Below, piece by piece: positions 20,501 to 30,061 of a DNA stretch of 64,000 nucleotides. Made by a program: the position numbers and the translations under genes. Each line of letters opens with the position of its first letter. The first letter of the stretch is position 1. This DNA comes from Bdellovibrionales bacterium (GTDB taxonomy: Bacteria > Bdellovibrionota > Bdellovibrionia > Bdellovibrionales > Bdellovibrionaceae). Location of the stretch: assembly GCA_031370005.1 (NCBI GenBank), contig JANMPT010000021.1, positions 101,043 through 165,042 of the forward strand. The letters run 5' to 3'. Under the pieces are notes generated by a model. It ran no database searches and was not told the DNA's origin. It was given only the letters and a program-made list of their open reading frames with translations.

Positions 20501-20747
20501 ATTAGCCCAGGATACAGCCAATGCCCAAATGCAAGATAATGGTGATGCTAGAAATCGCAATTTTTTCATCGCCCTTCGTGGTGAAAAAGAATATCAACGC
20601 CTGATGTATTTCATGAAAGGCCGGATTAAAATGCCAGAAGCTGCCGATCACTCTGCTGATGAGAAAAATAATAGTTTTACAAATCTGGACAGGCTCCTTA
20701 GCTCAGGATCTGCAAATGTTCCAGGCAGCTATAACGACAGCCCGTAA
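17496..20747 (+). CDS. Large lipoprotein (1083 aa) of unknown function
   Basis: Lipobox LTAC. Overlaps the upstream barrel gene. Has an internally duplicated domain and a Ser/Thr-rich beta-hairpin-like segment. Confidence 0.8.
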   Translation: MPISKQLLLMLLCINLLGLTACNIPNPKSRETEGHSVATFFVTEAKGDALAAKLNKDYSIPQSKTFNFTACIKDHAQSKPLIGHPFRIGPINKEVKSDEKGCLNWSEEVSFNFFSEPKYLDWKRQITATGLHKGTRIVRFAINPWSDNDKSPAVVNLETVTPPQLVSDFEKIQETLQGSSAGAHVSKNSLWVNDMRIQSNEQKFTQNGVVLNLELMAIPQLQVSTINGEKILRPLTQGRFKAKIYLIHTLVEDNKEVHRILSQSIPQTAAIHGGNLFIKSLIKLTSIPTRGQLVLGLDISAEDNNANIGNFQGIYMMGDYDQLKSSGFLRLMSVVTESNEFKISNFINSKLEDKLSENSLNKDAYVKPRIEIAPLEFKYIRVGKETTSEREIIYNVKACIKNGLEQKTTRGYTFNVQGFRQNVRQNDSDAIKTTKITTDNSSCINWDEAMTFKYYECQKYIKGFIEIENKDLALKQKIEVAINPWESWGTFARDLRYVDSQERLLTDCKKENVLPSTVSLKNLSYSTLSYNYEIDNLLNLTFKKKLRLKLDATVSLFSDMARGRMQSAQKLRPGIYLLKLALIKNRDYYNQNSYVSSVEKLVATLDGDIKTDVEFKTSDLKAIGDRNTLLVELDPVNEDKITVDKDGNVSVKEKVSSLDEIINHNTGLYNRTFSTAINLNTDRDTQELTAMETTEANQYLVNANLPKLDEARKSLIREYIKYGERLAFQNFQAQKAQADMKLFAKNNSLKQISASENSDSVDMRTILATSQTHVSETQMKKNLMQLSTSGKINTELSEDLCSYWFESLIAKDLWGSYGKFALLICSVNGKHPELLFNIEKRLFIKELESYNYLKGYNSVISVGNNITLTKSLAHSNYVTKSLSFSMGLLKKFADVFSIGVSGSYTISQSDSKAETSANSISVSMNTSLLMQQNIYQLKLRRYQECSIVRIKPKLFIKGGFFASALNSRLSENEKAEVVSRGLMICTGTDNMTPLLRNENYYLLAQDTANAQMQDNGDARNRNFFIALRGEKEYQRLMYFMKGRIKMPEAADHSADEKNNSFTNLDRLLSSGSANVPGSYNDSP

Positions 20748-21481
20748 ACTTTTTTTAGGAAATCTAAACTGCGAATGCCAAACCACGAGTAAGATTCGCC
20801 GTCCACGACGGCCCCCTGCAAACCATCTCTGCGCAGGTCTCCTATTTTTTTATGAAAAGGGTATGGTTCTGATGAATATAAAATAAGAGCCTCTTGGAAA
20901 TCTTGAATTTTTATAACTGGATACTTCTCCTCCGGAAAGTTTATAACTTGTGCGCCCAACTGTTTGAGTACAGAACCAATATAAGTTTCGCGATTAATTG
21001 CCATCCAGGGCTTACTCCAAATCACATAAAGCACTGGTCGTCTTTGCCTTGGGCTTGGGCGCACCGGTGGAATCACCCACTCCATCAATGCAGGTATATT
21101 TTCTTCATTCCAAAACAAGGGACCGCGATCAATTATTGCCTGCATTTCCAACGACCATGCAATTAATCGTTGATTGCCCAACTCCGTACCGAGACGTTGC
21201 AATTCAAATTGCAAGCTCTCCAGAGAATACACATCTGTGGCCAAATAAGGGCATGGACATTCCTCTGCCATCTTTAAGGGGTTTTCCTCTTTATCCAGCA
21301 ATACCAAGTCAGGATTGAGGGCTTTGACTACCTCCCATTGAGACTCCTTGGTACCGCCCACCACAGGGATACATTTAACAAGTTCAGCGGGATGAACACA
21401 AAAACGCGTTCTTCCTACAACGGGAATTCCAGCTCGCAATAAAGTCTCCGTCCACGAGGGCACCATCGATACAATTCGCAT
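20729..21481 (-). CDS. Helical-backbone metal receptor (BtuF-like)
   Basis: RIVSMVPSWTE, VGRTRFCVHP, VGGTK, PDLVL..KEEN, SSEPYPF and VDGESYSWFG motifs. Confidence 0.88.
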   Translation of the reverse strand: MRIVSMVPSWTETLLRAGIPVVGRTRFCVHPAELVKCIPVVGGTKESQWEVVKALNPDLVLLDKEENPLKMAEECPCPYLATDVYSLESLQFELQRLGTELGNQRLIAWSLEMQAIIDRGPLFWNEENIPALMEWVIPPVRPSPRQRRPVLYVIWSKPWMAINRETYIGSVLKQLGAQVINFPEEKYPVIKIQDFQEALILYSSEPYPFHKKIGDLRRDGLQGAVVDGESYSWFGIRSLDFLKKVYGLSL

Positions 21482-21591
21482 CTTTTAATATCACCAATTA
21501 TTGCCAATTGAGTCAAGATTGCTGTATTGTCACTTGAGCCCTACCTTATCACTAAGTTAAAAATAGTTTTTTGTATTAAAGGAATTTACCT

Positions 21592-22884
21592 ATGAATGCT
21601 GCTGCTTTTTTGAAGAAGAAACCTGAACTCAGCCCTTACAAAAAAGGCGATGTTCTCGTACTTTTTGGCGAGCTCTTTCAACGAGGCTATGCCAACGGCT
21701 TAGTTGAAGAAGCCCATGACCGAGGAATGACCATTGTTCGCGCCACCGTTGGTCGACGGGAGGATGGAAAACTTCGGGCTTTAAATATTGAAGAAACAAA
21801 AAATATACCAAAACCATTTATCAATATACCCCTGGAGGCCGGTTTTGATTTTGAGCCTGACTCCGAAGGTCAAACCCCTATTGATCAACTCAAAGACGTC
21901 AAGCTCTCTGAGTGGGAAAATTTAAAGATTAACTTTGCCCCACTAGAGCTAAGTCGCCAAAGTGCTGTTGCACGCTTTCGTAAAAATGTTGATGCGTTTC
22001 TTCAAGAGCTTGAACACCACATCCCCACTGGAGCAAACGTCCTCTTTGCACATCTTATGGCTGGAGGCGTGCCTCGAACCAAAATCGTCATGCCACTAAT
22101 GAACCGCACCTGCAAAGGCAGCGGTGATCGTTATTTATCCTCTGAACAGCTTTGGAACTCGGATATCGGTAAGTTCTGCTCTATGAATTTTAAAGAAGTC
22201 ACGGCCGAGACACTTCGTCATTTACTTGAACTTTCAACGCCACTTCGCCAAAAGCTAGAATCTAAAGGCTCTCACATCTCCTACACGGCCTATGGATACC
22301 ATGGAACGGAGATTCTGATTGACGGTCAATATAAGTGGCAAACCTATACTCCTTATATCCAAGGATGGGCAAAGATAGAGCTTGAAAAGATTGCCACAGA
22401 TGCTCACAAAAAAGGCATTAATGTCTGCGTCTACAACTGCCCAGAGATCCTTACCAACTCAAGCTCAATTTTTCAGGGAGTTGAAGTGTCACTTTATCCT
22501 TTAACCAAAGCTATTGAGAAAGAGTGTAAAAATTCACCTACTAGTCAAGAACTCATTGCAGACTGTAAAGCCCTTCTAAAAGAGGATGTAAGTCTGAACG
22601 ATATTGAAAAAATCGCAAATACCTACTTTATCGAACCTGAAATTAAATCTCACTGTATTTTTGAAAGATGGCCCCAGCATAGCAACAAGCTACAACTTGA
22701 AACCATGCTGACTGCTTCAGACAAATTGATTTCACTTCATAAAGATGAGAAAAAGTTGATCACTTTTGTCCTCAGCGAGGCGGTCATTAAGTCCTGTGGA
22801 TATGTTATGCTACATGATTCGTGGAAACCCCGAAGCCCCGTGGCTTGGATCGGCCATGAACTTGTGGCAAACTGTATTTGCTAA
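21592..22884 (+). CDS. FabMG-family enoyl-ACP reductase
   Basis: KGDVLVLFGELFQRGYANGL, TVGRR, INIPLEAGFD, AHLMAGGVP, AYGYHGTE, WQTYTPY and YNCPEILTNSS recalled as FabMG family motifs. Confidence 0.7.
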   Translation: MNAAAFLKKKPELSPYKKGDVLVLFGELFQRGYANGLVEEAHDRGMTIVRATVGRREDGKLRALNIEETKNIPKPFINIPLEAGFDFEPDSEGQTPIDQLKDVKLSEWENLKINFAPLELSRQSAVARFRKNVDAFLQELEHHIPTGANVLFAHLMAGGVPRTKIVMPLMNRTCKGSGDRYLSSEQLWNSDIGKFCSMNFKEVTAETLRHLLELSTPLRQKLESKGSHISYTAYGYHGTEILIDGQYKWQTYTPYIQGWAKIELEKIATDAHKKGINVCVYNCPEILTNSSSIFQGVEVSLYPLTKAIEKECKNSPTSQELIADCKALLKEDVSLNDIEKIANTYFIEPEIKSHCIFERWPQHSNKLQLETMLTASDKLISLHKDEKKLITFVLSEAVIKSCGYVMLHDSWKPRSPVAWIGHELVANCIC

Positions 22885-23726
22885 TGGACTTAAGTACGGG
22901 GGCCGATTACAGTTATGCGGGCATTAACTTGCGGGGACTATCGCTCTCTGGCATACGCACTGCAATCTGTCTTCCCGATTTTTCACTCACTTTTGACGTC
23001 GCACAGGGCTATCCCTTTCTTCTAAATTTAAAGCAATTCTTTCTAAGCCACGGCCATCTAGATCACTCAGCAGGTGTTCCCTATATCATTTCGCAAAAGG
23101 CGATGAATCACCAAGCGGCCCCTAAATTTTATATGCCGAGCAGCTTGGTCGAACCTCTTGAGCGTATTATGAAAATCTGGCAACAAATCGAGGGTCACGA
23201 ATACAAATATGAGTTCATCCCACTGGAAGCTGACCTTGAAATTCCCGTTAAGGGAGCTCATTTTGTAAAAGTCTTTCCGACCAAACATCGCATTGATTCC
23301 TTTGGTTACACTCTTTTTGAAGCTTGCAAAAAGCTTGCACCAAAGTTCCATGGTCTTTCGCAGCAGGAGCTGCTAAAACTAAAAAAAGAAGGCCACTCGC
23401 TAAATGAAATCGTTAACAAACCCCTTGTAAGCTTTACAGGTGATACTCAGATAGAGTTTCTTCATAGCCGACCCTGGATTCGAAGATCAAAGATACTATT
23501 GCTAGAATCAACCTACTTAGATGACAAAAAATCCATTGAACACGCTCGGGCCTGGGGGCATACACATTTGCACGAAATCCTGCCTCATCTTGACGAAATT
23601 GAAAGTGAACGAATTGTCCTTATCCATACCTCAAGCCGCTACTCATGGGCGGAAGCACAAGACTTAATTCGCAAGCAAGTCCCAGAAAAACACCGTGAGC
23701 GCGTTGTCCTATTTCCAGGAAGATAG
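22884..23726 (+). CDS. MBL-fold hydrolase, short RNase Z-like
   Basis: SHGHLDH (HxHxDH), FTGDT, LESTY, GHTHL and IHTSSRY motifs; ATG overlaps the upstream stop. Confidence 0.85.
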   Translation: MDLSTGADYSYAGINLRGLSLSGIRTAICLPDFSLTFDVAQGYPFLLNLKQFFLSHGHLDHSAGVPYIISQKAMNHQAAPKFYMPSSLVEPLERIMKIWQQIEGHEYKYEFIPLEADLEIPVKGAHFVKVFPTKHRIDSFGYTLFEACKKLAPKFHGLSQQELLKLKKEGHSLNEIVNKPLVSFTGDTQIEFLHSRPWIRRSKILLLESTYLDDKKSIEHARAWGHTHLHEILPHLDEIESERIVLIHTSSRYSWAEAQDLIRKQVPEKHRERVVLFPGR

Positions 23727-23738
23727 TTTGAAAGTGTT

Positions 23739-24440
23739 TTATCGATCAAGCAAGTCGTCAGCATCCAACCAGATTTTTCGACTTTTAATTTTCTTAATTT
23801 TAAAATGCTGAAGCCAATCCGCAGGCTTCCGTTTGTTCCAATTGATTGCTAAGCGAGCTGCAAAATACAAGGCGCCCATATCTTGATTTGAAAAATCCTT
23901 TGGAGCGCGAATTGCTGTTAACATTTCAGGACCAAAATAACTCTGAGGCAACATACGTTCATTGCCTATAATCTCACCGATAATAATCACATCTTTAGTT
24001 TGTCCCATGACCGTGCGACTAAGGGGCAATCCGGACTCCCCGATGGCAGCTTGCCCCGTCGGCGCAATGACAAGCTTACCACTTTCCACTTCGTTACCCA
24101 GAGCTTCTATCAGTTCCTTATTCCGATCCGTAGCCTTTTTATTCCAAGAGAAAAAATAAAAAGCAATTTCTTGCGGCGGATTTTTTAGTTTTTCGACAAG
24201 CCCCTTCTCTGAATAGGCTCCTTTATCGTCATAGGGAGTCAGGTTGACTATCTCACAATTTTTGCAATTGCCCTTGAGCCGTTCAAAAGCTGGCTTTGCT
24301 TTATTCGTAAATGCCTCTTGATTTTCTGTTGAGAAATAGCCAATGACAACTTTAGATTCAGCCATGACCTTCACAGAAACAAGCAGAGCACTAGAAAATA
24401 AAGATAAGAAAACAATAAAACGCATAGCGATATTTTTCAT
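23739..24440 (-). CDS. Secreted hypothetical protein, possibly a degenerate subtilase-like fold
   Basis: Signal peptide. VIAPTG..VIIIGE..SYFGP..MGALYFAARLA echoes subtilase C-terminal motifs. Confidence 0.6.
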   Translation of the reverse strand: MKNIAMRFIVFLSLFSSALLVSVKVMAESKVVIGYFSTENQEAFTNKAKPAFERLKGNCKNCEIVNLTPYDDKGAYSEKGLVEKLKNPPQEIAFYFFSWNKKATDRNKELIEALGNEVESGKLVIAPTGQAAIGESGLPLSRTVMGQTKDVIIIGEIIGNERMLPQSYFGPEMLTAIRAPKDFSNQDMGALYFAARLAINWNKRKPADWLQHFKIKKIKSRKIWLDADDLLDR

Positions 24441-24501
24441 AAAAATATTATGAACTCGACTTTTTGAGGATGTCGACCAAAATATCATTCAACGTTGCAT
24501 C

Positions 24502-25662
24502 ATGACTAAAACTTGGGACCGAATTCTACTTTTTCACAGCGGAGATGAGTTTTTCACAGAACTTATCTCAAACATACGGCGGGCGCAGAAAAGCATCACG
24601 CTAGAGTACTATATTTTTGAAATCAACCAAGTTACAGAAATTCTTTTTTCAGAACTTCAACTGGCAGTGCTCCGTGGCTGCAAAGTTCAACTTTTAGTAG
24701 ATGGTGTAGGCTCATTTTTTTGGCTAGACTCAATCAGCAAACGCTGTCAATACGAAGGCATTCACTTCCGCGTCTACCACCCACTACCTGGTTTCCTACA
24801 GTGGTTCATGCTTCTGCCAAAAGCAATATTTTCAAAAACTCCCAAAATTTTTCGCCGCGCCAATCGCCGCAACCATCGCAAAACCGTAGTTATCGATGAA
24901 CAAATAGCCTTTCTTGGTAGCTTTAATATGTCAAAGGTACATTACTCAAATCTCGTTGGAGCAAACAACTCCTGGCGAGACTCTGGAGTCATGGTTCAAG
25001 GCGAAGCTATAGAAAGTTTGATCGCGGCCTATGACTTGGCATGGACCTTTGCGCGAAAAAAAGCTCTTCTACCCGCTCATGCCACCTATATACGCATAAG
25101 AATTCAGACGATTTTGAAATGGCAGAGCATTTTGAGGCTGAACGCCAATGATAAAATTCGCCGACATCTTTATAAAGACCTCTGTCGCCGCATTTTATAT
25201 GCGAACAATCATGTCTATATTGCCACTGCCTACTTTTTACCTAAGAGAGCTCTTGCGAAAGCCCTCGCAAAGGCCGCTCAGCGTGGCATTGACGTCCGCG
25301 TGATCATCCCCGGACCAAGCGATGCTCCCTTTGTAAAATGGGCCGCATATCAACTACCCTATAAGCTTCACGAAAAAGGCGTGAAAATATTCGAATATCA
25401 GCCTTGTGTTTTCCACGCAAAATATATGATCATCGACGACTGGTGCAGCATTGGGTCTCTCAACCTGAATCATCGCAGTCTTTTGCATGATCTCGAAGCA
25501 GAGGCGGTGTTAACGGATGCCGAAAGCCTCGACAATATCAACAAACAATATCAAAAGGATCTGAAAGAGTGCCGGGCTTTGGATCTATCTCGTTATGAGC
25601 AGATTTCATTTTGGCATAATTTAATTGCCAAAACTCTCTTCAGATTAAGATATTGGTTTTAA
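24502..25662 (+). CDS. clsB: Cardiolipin synthase B-like phospholipase D family protein
   Basis: Two HKD motifs (NHRKTVVID, FHAKYMIID), WRDSG and ATAYFLP; no N-terminal TM anchor. Confidence 0.8.
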   Translation: MTKTWDRILLFHSGDEFFTELISNIRRAQKSITLEYYIFEINQVTEILFSELQLAVLRGCKVQLLVDGVGSFFWLDSISKRCQYEGIHFRVYHPLPGFLQWFMLLPKAIFSKTPKIFRRANRRNHRKTVVIDEQIAFLGSFNMSKVHYSNLVGANNSWRDSGVMVQGEAIESLIAAYDLAWTFARKKALLPAHATYIRIRIQTILKWQSILRLNANDKIRRHLYKDLCRRILYANNHVYIATAYFLPKRALAKALAKAAQRGIDVRVIIPGPSDAPFVKWAAYQLPYKLHEKGVKIFEYQPCVFHAKYMIIDDWCSIGSLNLNHRSLLHDLEAEAVLTDAESLDNINKQYQKDLKECRALDLSRYEQISFWHNLIAKTLFRLRYWF

Positions 25663-25733
25663 ATTTTATTTCTTAATCCGCTAGTATTGCGAAGCACTTG
25701 CATCCTATCGAGAGTCGGAGTAATTTAATATTT

Positions 25734-27527
25734 ATGCAAACAAGCTTAATTAAATTTATTTTTTTGACAATCGCCGCTGGAACATTAGTGGCCGCAACAC
25801 CTGCTCAAAAAAAAACTGCAGATGAAGTTCCGCTTTTTTTTCAAGCAGATAAGAATAATATTCAAGTATTGCCTCAACGCTTTGAATATAATCTAGTCAA
25901 TGAAGATCATATTAAAATTGGCGATATCGTTATTGATTCTACAACTTTTGGTTTTCAGATTGCCCCTTCGATAAATTTTCCTGGAAAATATCGAGCACGC
26001 TTTATCTGGCCTGCTGGTCTTTTGAAGGACGGCTCTCTTTTTTTAAAGGATAATACTGGCAAAGCGATTTGGACAACAAACTTTACCCGTAAAAATATTC
26101 ACTTAGTAAACCCACAGCCTACTGAGCAAAATAAGGGCTTTCGAACCCAATTGGCTGAGCTTCTTGTGGATCAATTGAATCCGGCTCTGATTGAAGATAT
26201 GAAGTACTTTCCATTCATGAACTTATGTATTTCTCGCACCAATGAAGACACCCGTATTTATCTTTGTTCTAAAGAAGTTTACCTTACAAAAAAAGACAAC
26301 CGCCTAACAATTAGGGCCCGCTCACAAGGAAAAAGAACACCTCTTGTAGAGATTAACGGCAAAAATGTGGGCTACCAAGGGATCATCTTCTTAAATAGTG
26401 AAAATGAAAATATCGGCTTTCGCGCGATAACTCAATCTGGAGCCATTCTAGAGGTAGAAACCCGCATGAAACCGGTTGATTTCAAGGATGTAACTTTAAG
26501 TGATGATAAAAAAGAAATGCTTCTTATGGCCTCAGGCACAGAACCTGTGAATGAAGAAGCGGTAAAACGCATCTCGAATGATACATGGCAAATTAGCCTC
26601 GACGCCAGCCGCCCTATCCTCTACCTAAAAGGTGAGGGCAATATTCCGATGCGCCAGGAGTTTTATATAAAGGGTAATATTCCTTCAGATACGATGCGCC
26701 CTTTTTTGAAAAATGGTTCTTTTAATCGTATCTACAAATCCAAGATCAGTCTCGAGGGTACATTTGCTCCTGATACTACTGTAACCGCAAATAGCCCCAA
26801 CGAGAGTCTTGAAAAACTCAGCTCTAACAAATTCAACTGGCATTTGACTGAAATTCCTGCCGGGGAAAGTTCACGCCACTATCTTCGTATTAATCATGAT
26901 CAGGACACTTTCCTTGCCGCCTACGATATCTATCGTGACTTTCCTTTTGACATTGGGCTTTTGGGTTCTTATTGGCTAGTCTCAGGACAACTCTATGCTG
27001 ACATCTATGCGAACTGGTGGATTGAAGATTTTCTTGGCAGCGCTGCCGCTTGGTCTCGTCTACGTTGGGGAATAAACCTTAAGGAGTCCCTGCTGCTGAA
27101 TAAAAAAGAGGGCGAAGCCAATATTAATATCACTCATCTGGAACTTCTCTGGAGAGCAAATCCTGGCTTTCACTTCCAAGATAAAACTTGGGGACTGTCC
27201 CTGCCTTACGAAGTAATTCAAGCCTCGGGAGTGAATGTTAGCAGTTTCGGCTTAGGCATTTTCTATAGCGACAAAGCTCAAAAGCCTTATCATAAGTATC
27301 TTCACTGGTATGACCTAAAAATAAACTATATGTTGGGCAGCTCTGGTAGCGATGTTAATCTCAAAAATGCGTTTCTATTTGATGCCACAGCTTATTATAC
27401 TATAAACAAACGCATGAGTTGGAATTATGGAACTGGGATTCATCAGTACAGCTTCGATTCAAGCACTTCGACCATAAAATCAGCAATACAATTTAAAATT
27501 CTGGGTGGCGCAAGTTATCGCTTTTAA
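25734..27527 (+). CDS. Secreted beta-rich protein with C-terminal outer-membrane barrel
   Basis: Signal peptide; amphipathic C-terminal strands ending in GASYRF. Confidence 0.7.
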   Translation: MQTSLIKFIFLTIAAGTLVAATPAQKKTADEVPLFFQADKNNIQVLPQRFEYNLVNEDHIKIGDIVIDSTTFGFQIAPSINFPGKYRARFIWPAGLLKDGSLFLKDNTGKAIWTTNFTRKNIHLVNPQPTEQNKGFRTQLAELLVDQLNPALIEDMKYFPFMNLCISRTNEDTRIYLCSKEVYLTKKDNRLTIRARSQGKRTPLVEINGKNVGYQGIIFLNSENENIGFRAITQSGAILEVETRMKPVDFKDVTLSDDKKEMLLMASGTEPVNEEAVKRISNDTWQISLDASRPILYLKGEGNIPMRQEFYIKGNIPSDTMRPFLKNGSFNRIYKSKISLEGTFAPDTTVTANSPNESLEKLSSNKFNWHLTEIPAGESSRHYLRINHDQDTFLAAYDIYRDFPFDIGLLGSYWLVSGQLYADIYANWWIEDFLGSAAAWSRLRWGINLKESLLLNKKEGEANINITHLELLWRANPGFHFQDKTWGLSLPYEVIQASGVNVSSFGLGIFYSDKAQKPYHKYLHWYDLKINYMLGSSGSDVNLKNAFLFDATAYYTINKRMSWNYGTGIHQYSFDSSTSTIKSAIQFKILGGASYRF

Positions 27528-27561
27528 TAAAAAGAGATAAGCGGTCCTGAATAATACTGAG

Positions 27562-29496
27562 CTACTTTTTCTTAAAAAATCCGGAGACCATTTTCTTAAG
27601 ATCCATATTTAGGATGTCATCTTTATTGTTGCCAGCAGAAACCAGCTGATTAAGTTCACGACGAGCAACGATCATAGATGAATTCAACGCCAAGCACTTC
27701 TCAAAAGATTTGCGCGCGCCATTAATATCCCCCTTTGCCTTTTGGACTAGGCCTGTGACAAATGGGAAAAGCGCATCGTATTTTTCATCAGGTGGCACTT
27801 GCATGAGTTCAAACTCAACATCTTTAAGCTGCTGCATTTTCTTTTGTGGATCAAGGGCTCCAACCTTAGCCCATGCGTGATATAAATGAACTTGTCCGCT
27901 GTCTGGATTTAGCTCCACCACTTGGCCCATCAAGTTTGATGCTTTTGAGTACTGATTAAGCTGTAAAGCTTGCTTTGCCTCTTCAATCAAAAGATTGGCC
28001 TTAAGCTTTTTCTCAGCCTCAGATTTTAAATTACTTTGCTTATACTGCTGGCGCTGTCCCGTATCTAAAAAGGACGTACAAGCCTCAGTCGCACTGTTAC
28101 GAATTTGCGACCATAGCTTGAAGGCTTCACTTTTTTGATCCTTCGGCTGTTCACCGAGAACGAGCATGAATTCATCCACCATCCCGCTCACGGTGGCCGT
28201 AGCCTCTTGTCCTAGTCCAAAGTACTCCACCACCTGGAAGTGATTCTTCCCTTGAATATCAGTGAAGATTTTTTTAAGCGCTTTCAATTGTTCTTGAGGG
28301 CTTACTACAACTTGTGATTTTGAAAAGGCAATAAGACCTTTAGTTAAAAGAAAATGAACCGCTTTATGAACTGCGGCTTCGTGATAACCTGGGGTACCTA
28401 AAAGATCCATCAAGGTCACTCCACGATCCAGATGCTCTGCAAAACCATCAAGACTTTGAATTAAAGACATTTTCAGCGCCGAGTGATCCTCACGATAAGT
28501 GGGACTTTTGGTAATACGATAGCTTGCCCACATTAAATGCATGGATTTCAGCCAAGCAGAACTGAGCTTCGAAGCAATCCAATCATGCAAAAAATAAGAC
28601 AAAGAATCTGAATCAATGCTCGGTTCAATTAGCTCGACCTCCACAGAGGCAAAATTGATTCGAATCATTTGATCCACTATTGTCCTCGAAAGACGGATAT
28701 TCATTTGCTCTGTCAAAATTAAATCAAAGGCATGGGGGCTGAGCTTATTGGCATGAATCAGGCGTTGCCCGAGTCGGCGGGGGCTCTTATCGCTGAGGGC
28801 CTCTTGCACGTCTTCAGGTTGCGCGTAACCACTCTGAATGAGCATCTCACCAAGATAAGTTGTCTTATCTTCAATATCCACGCTGACAATTACACCATTT
28901 GAAAATGAAACCCCGGAAACTTTGCCATCTGTACCATAAATATTTAAATGACCTGAGCTTTTCGTTTCCACGAGTAAACTATAAACAAATGGTAGGTCAA
29001 AGCCACTAACCTCTTCGAGAGCCTCTATGAGTTTTCTTTTTTCACGGTTAGAAACCATGTTTCGGCCGAATATTTGATAAAGATTTTTACGCGGTGATGA
29101 GTCCTCTTTACGAGTCCCCTCGTCCACCTTCACAAGTTTGAGAGCCTCATTCAAATCAAACGGTTTTTTAAGAAACGCCACCGCTTGCGTCTTCTTTGTT
29201 GCATCCTGGATGAAGTCTGTATCAGTATAAATACCACTCATCAGAACGACTTTAAAACGCGTTTTAGCGGGTAACTCTTTCCGAATCTTAGTGACATAGT
29301 CGATGCCCATCATTTGCGGCAGTAAACAATCAGTAAAGAGTAAGTCGATTTTCTCGTTACCAATAATCTCAGATGCTTTCTCGGGTTCAGTTACTAAAAA
29401 AACCTGATGACCCGCACGTGTGAAAGCCTGCTTGAGAGCCTCCCCCAAGGTGACATCATCTTCTAATATTAAAACTTTAATTTTTGAATCATCCAC
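27562..29496 (-). CDS. Response regulator with receiver, DUF4388-like, degenerate J-like and TPR domains
   Basis: ILEDD/TDCLL/KKPF receiver. SGHLNI..LGEMLI..RLGQRLI central region. C-terminal TPRs. Confidence 0.85.
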   Translation of the reverse strand: MDDSKIKVLILEDDVTLGEALKQAFTRAGHQVFLVTEPEKASEIIGNEKIDLLFTDCLLPQMMGIDYVTKIRKELPAKTRFKVVLMSGIYTDTDFIQDATKKTQAVAFLKKPFDLNEALKLVKVDEGTRKEDSSPRKNLYQIFGRNMVSNREKRKLIEALEEVSGFDLPFVYSLLVETKSSGHLNIYGTDGKVSGVSFSNGVIVSVDIEDKTTYLGEMLIQSGYAQPEDVQEALSDKSPRRLGQRLIHANKLSPHAFDLILTEQMNIRLSRTIVDQMIRINFASVEVELIEPSIDSDSLSYFLHDWIASKLSSAWLKSMHLMWASYRITKSPTYREDHSALKMSLIQSLDGFAEHLDRGVTLMDLLGTPGYHEAAVHKAVHFLLTKGLIAFSKSQVVVSPQEQLKALKKIFTDIQGKNHFQVVEYFGLGQEATATVSGMVDEFMLVLGEQPKDQKSEAFKLWSQIRNSATEACTSFLDTGQRQQYKQSNLKSEAEKKLKANLLIEEAKQALQLNQYSKASNLMGQVVELNPDSGQVHLYHAWAKVGALDPQKKMQQLKDVEFELMQVPPDEKYDALFPFVTGLVQKAKGDINGARKSFEKCLALNSSMIVARRELNQLVSAGNNKDDILNMDLKKMVSGFFKKK

Positions 29497-29548
29497 TTGT
29501 CTTCCTTTTCGGCAGAAAACACAGGAAATTCAACAGGACCTAGACCCA

Positions 29549-30019
29549 CTATTTTTTAATAAACTTAAAATACTTCGATTCAATGACATCCATTTCCATG
29601 GCATTGCCACTATCATCCACCACTGACTGCGGTGGGCTGACCGTATTTTCAGTGAATTCCGTCCCAAGACGAAACAACACGCTCTTCTCAGACCCTGCCT
29701 CTTCATTGTAGTAAGGAACATAAAAAGACATTACTTTTGCATTCGCAGGTAAGAAACCATCTACCATATTGATTTGATCAACAATAACCTTAGGGCATTT
29801 GTTAAAAGTAATACTCGCGGCAGGGGCCGTACTCATCCATTTGATCCATTCACGTATACCGCAAGAATTGATACTCTTTAAGCCAGTCATCTCTAACTCG
29901 ATTTGTCCGGCACCTGCGAGACTCAACTGAGTAAAATCAGCATCCTCGTCAACGGAACCTGCCAAAACGACATTCAATTTTTCGCCGGATTTACTCATTT
30001 TCACATCAAATTTTGCCAT
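29549..30019 (-). CDS. STAS-like (anti-anti-sigma type) protein
   Basis: LAGSVDED..LKSINSCGIREW includes the conserved STAS serine. Confidence 0.75.
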   Translation of the reverse strand: MAKFDVKMSKSGEKLNVVLAGSVDEDADFTQLSLAGAGQIELEMTGLKSINSCGIREWIKWMSTAPAASITFNKCPKVIVDQINMVDGFLPANAKVMSFYVPYYNEEAGSEKSVLFRLGTEFTENTVSPPQSVVDDSGNAMEMDVIESKYFKFIKK

Positions 30020-30061
30020 GATGTTCTCCTCTTAAAAATCACTACTCAACAAAGTATAAAT

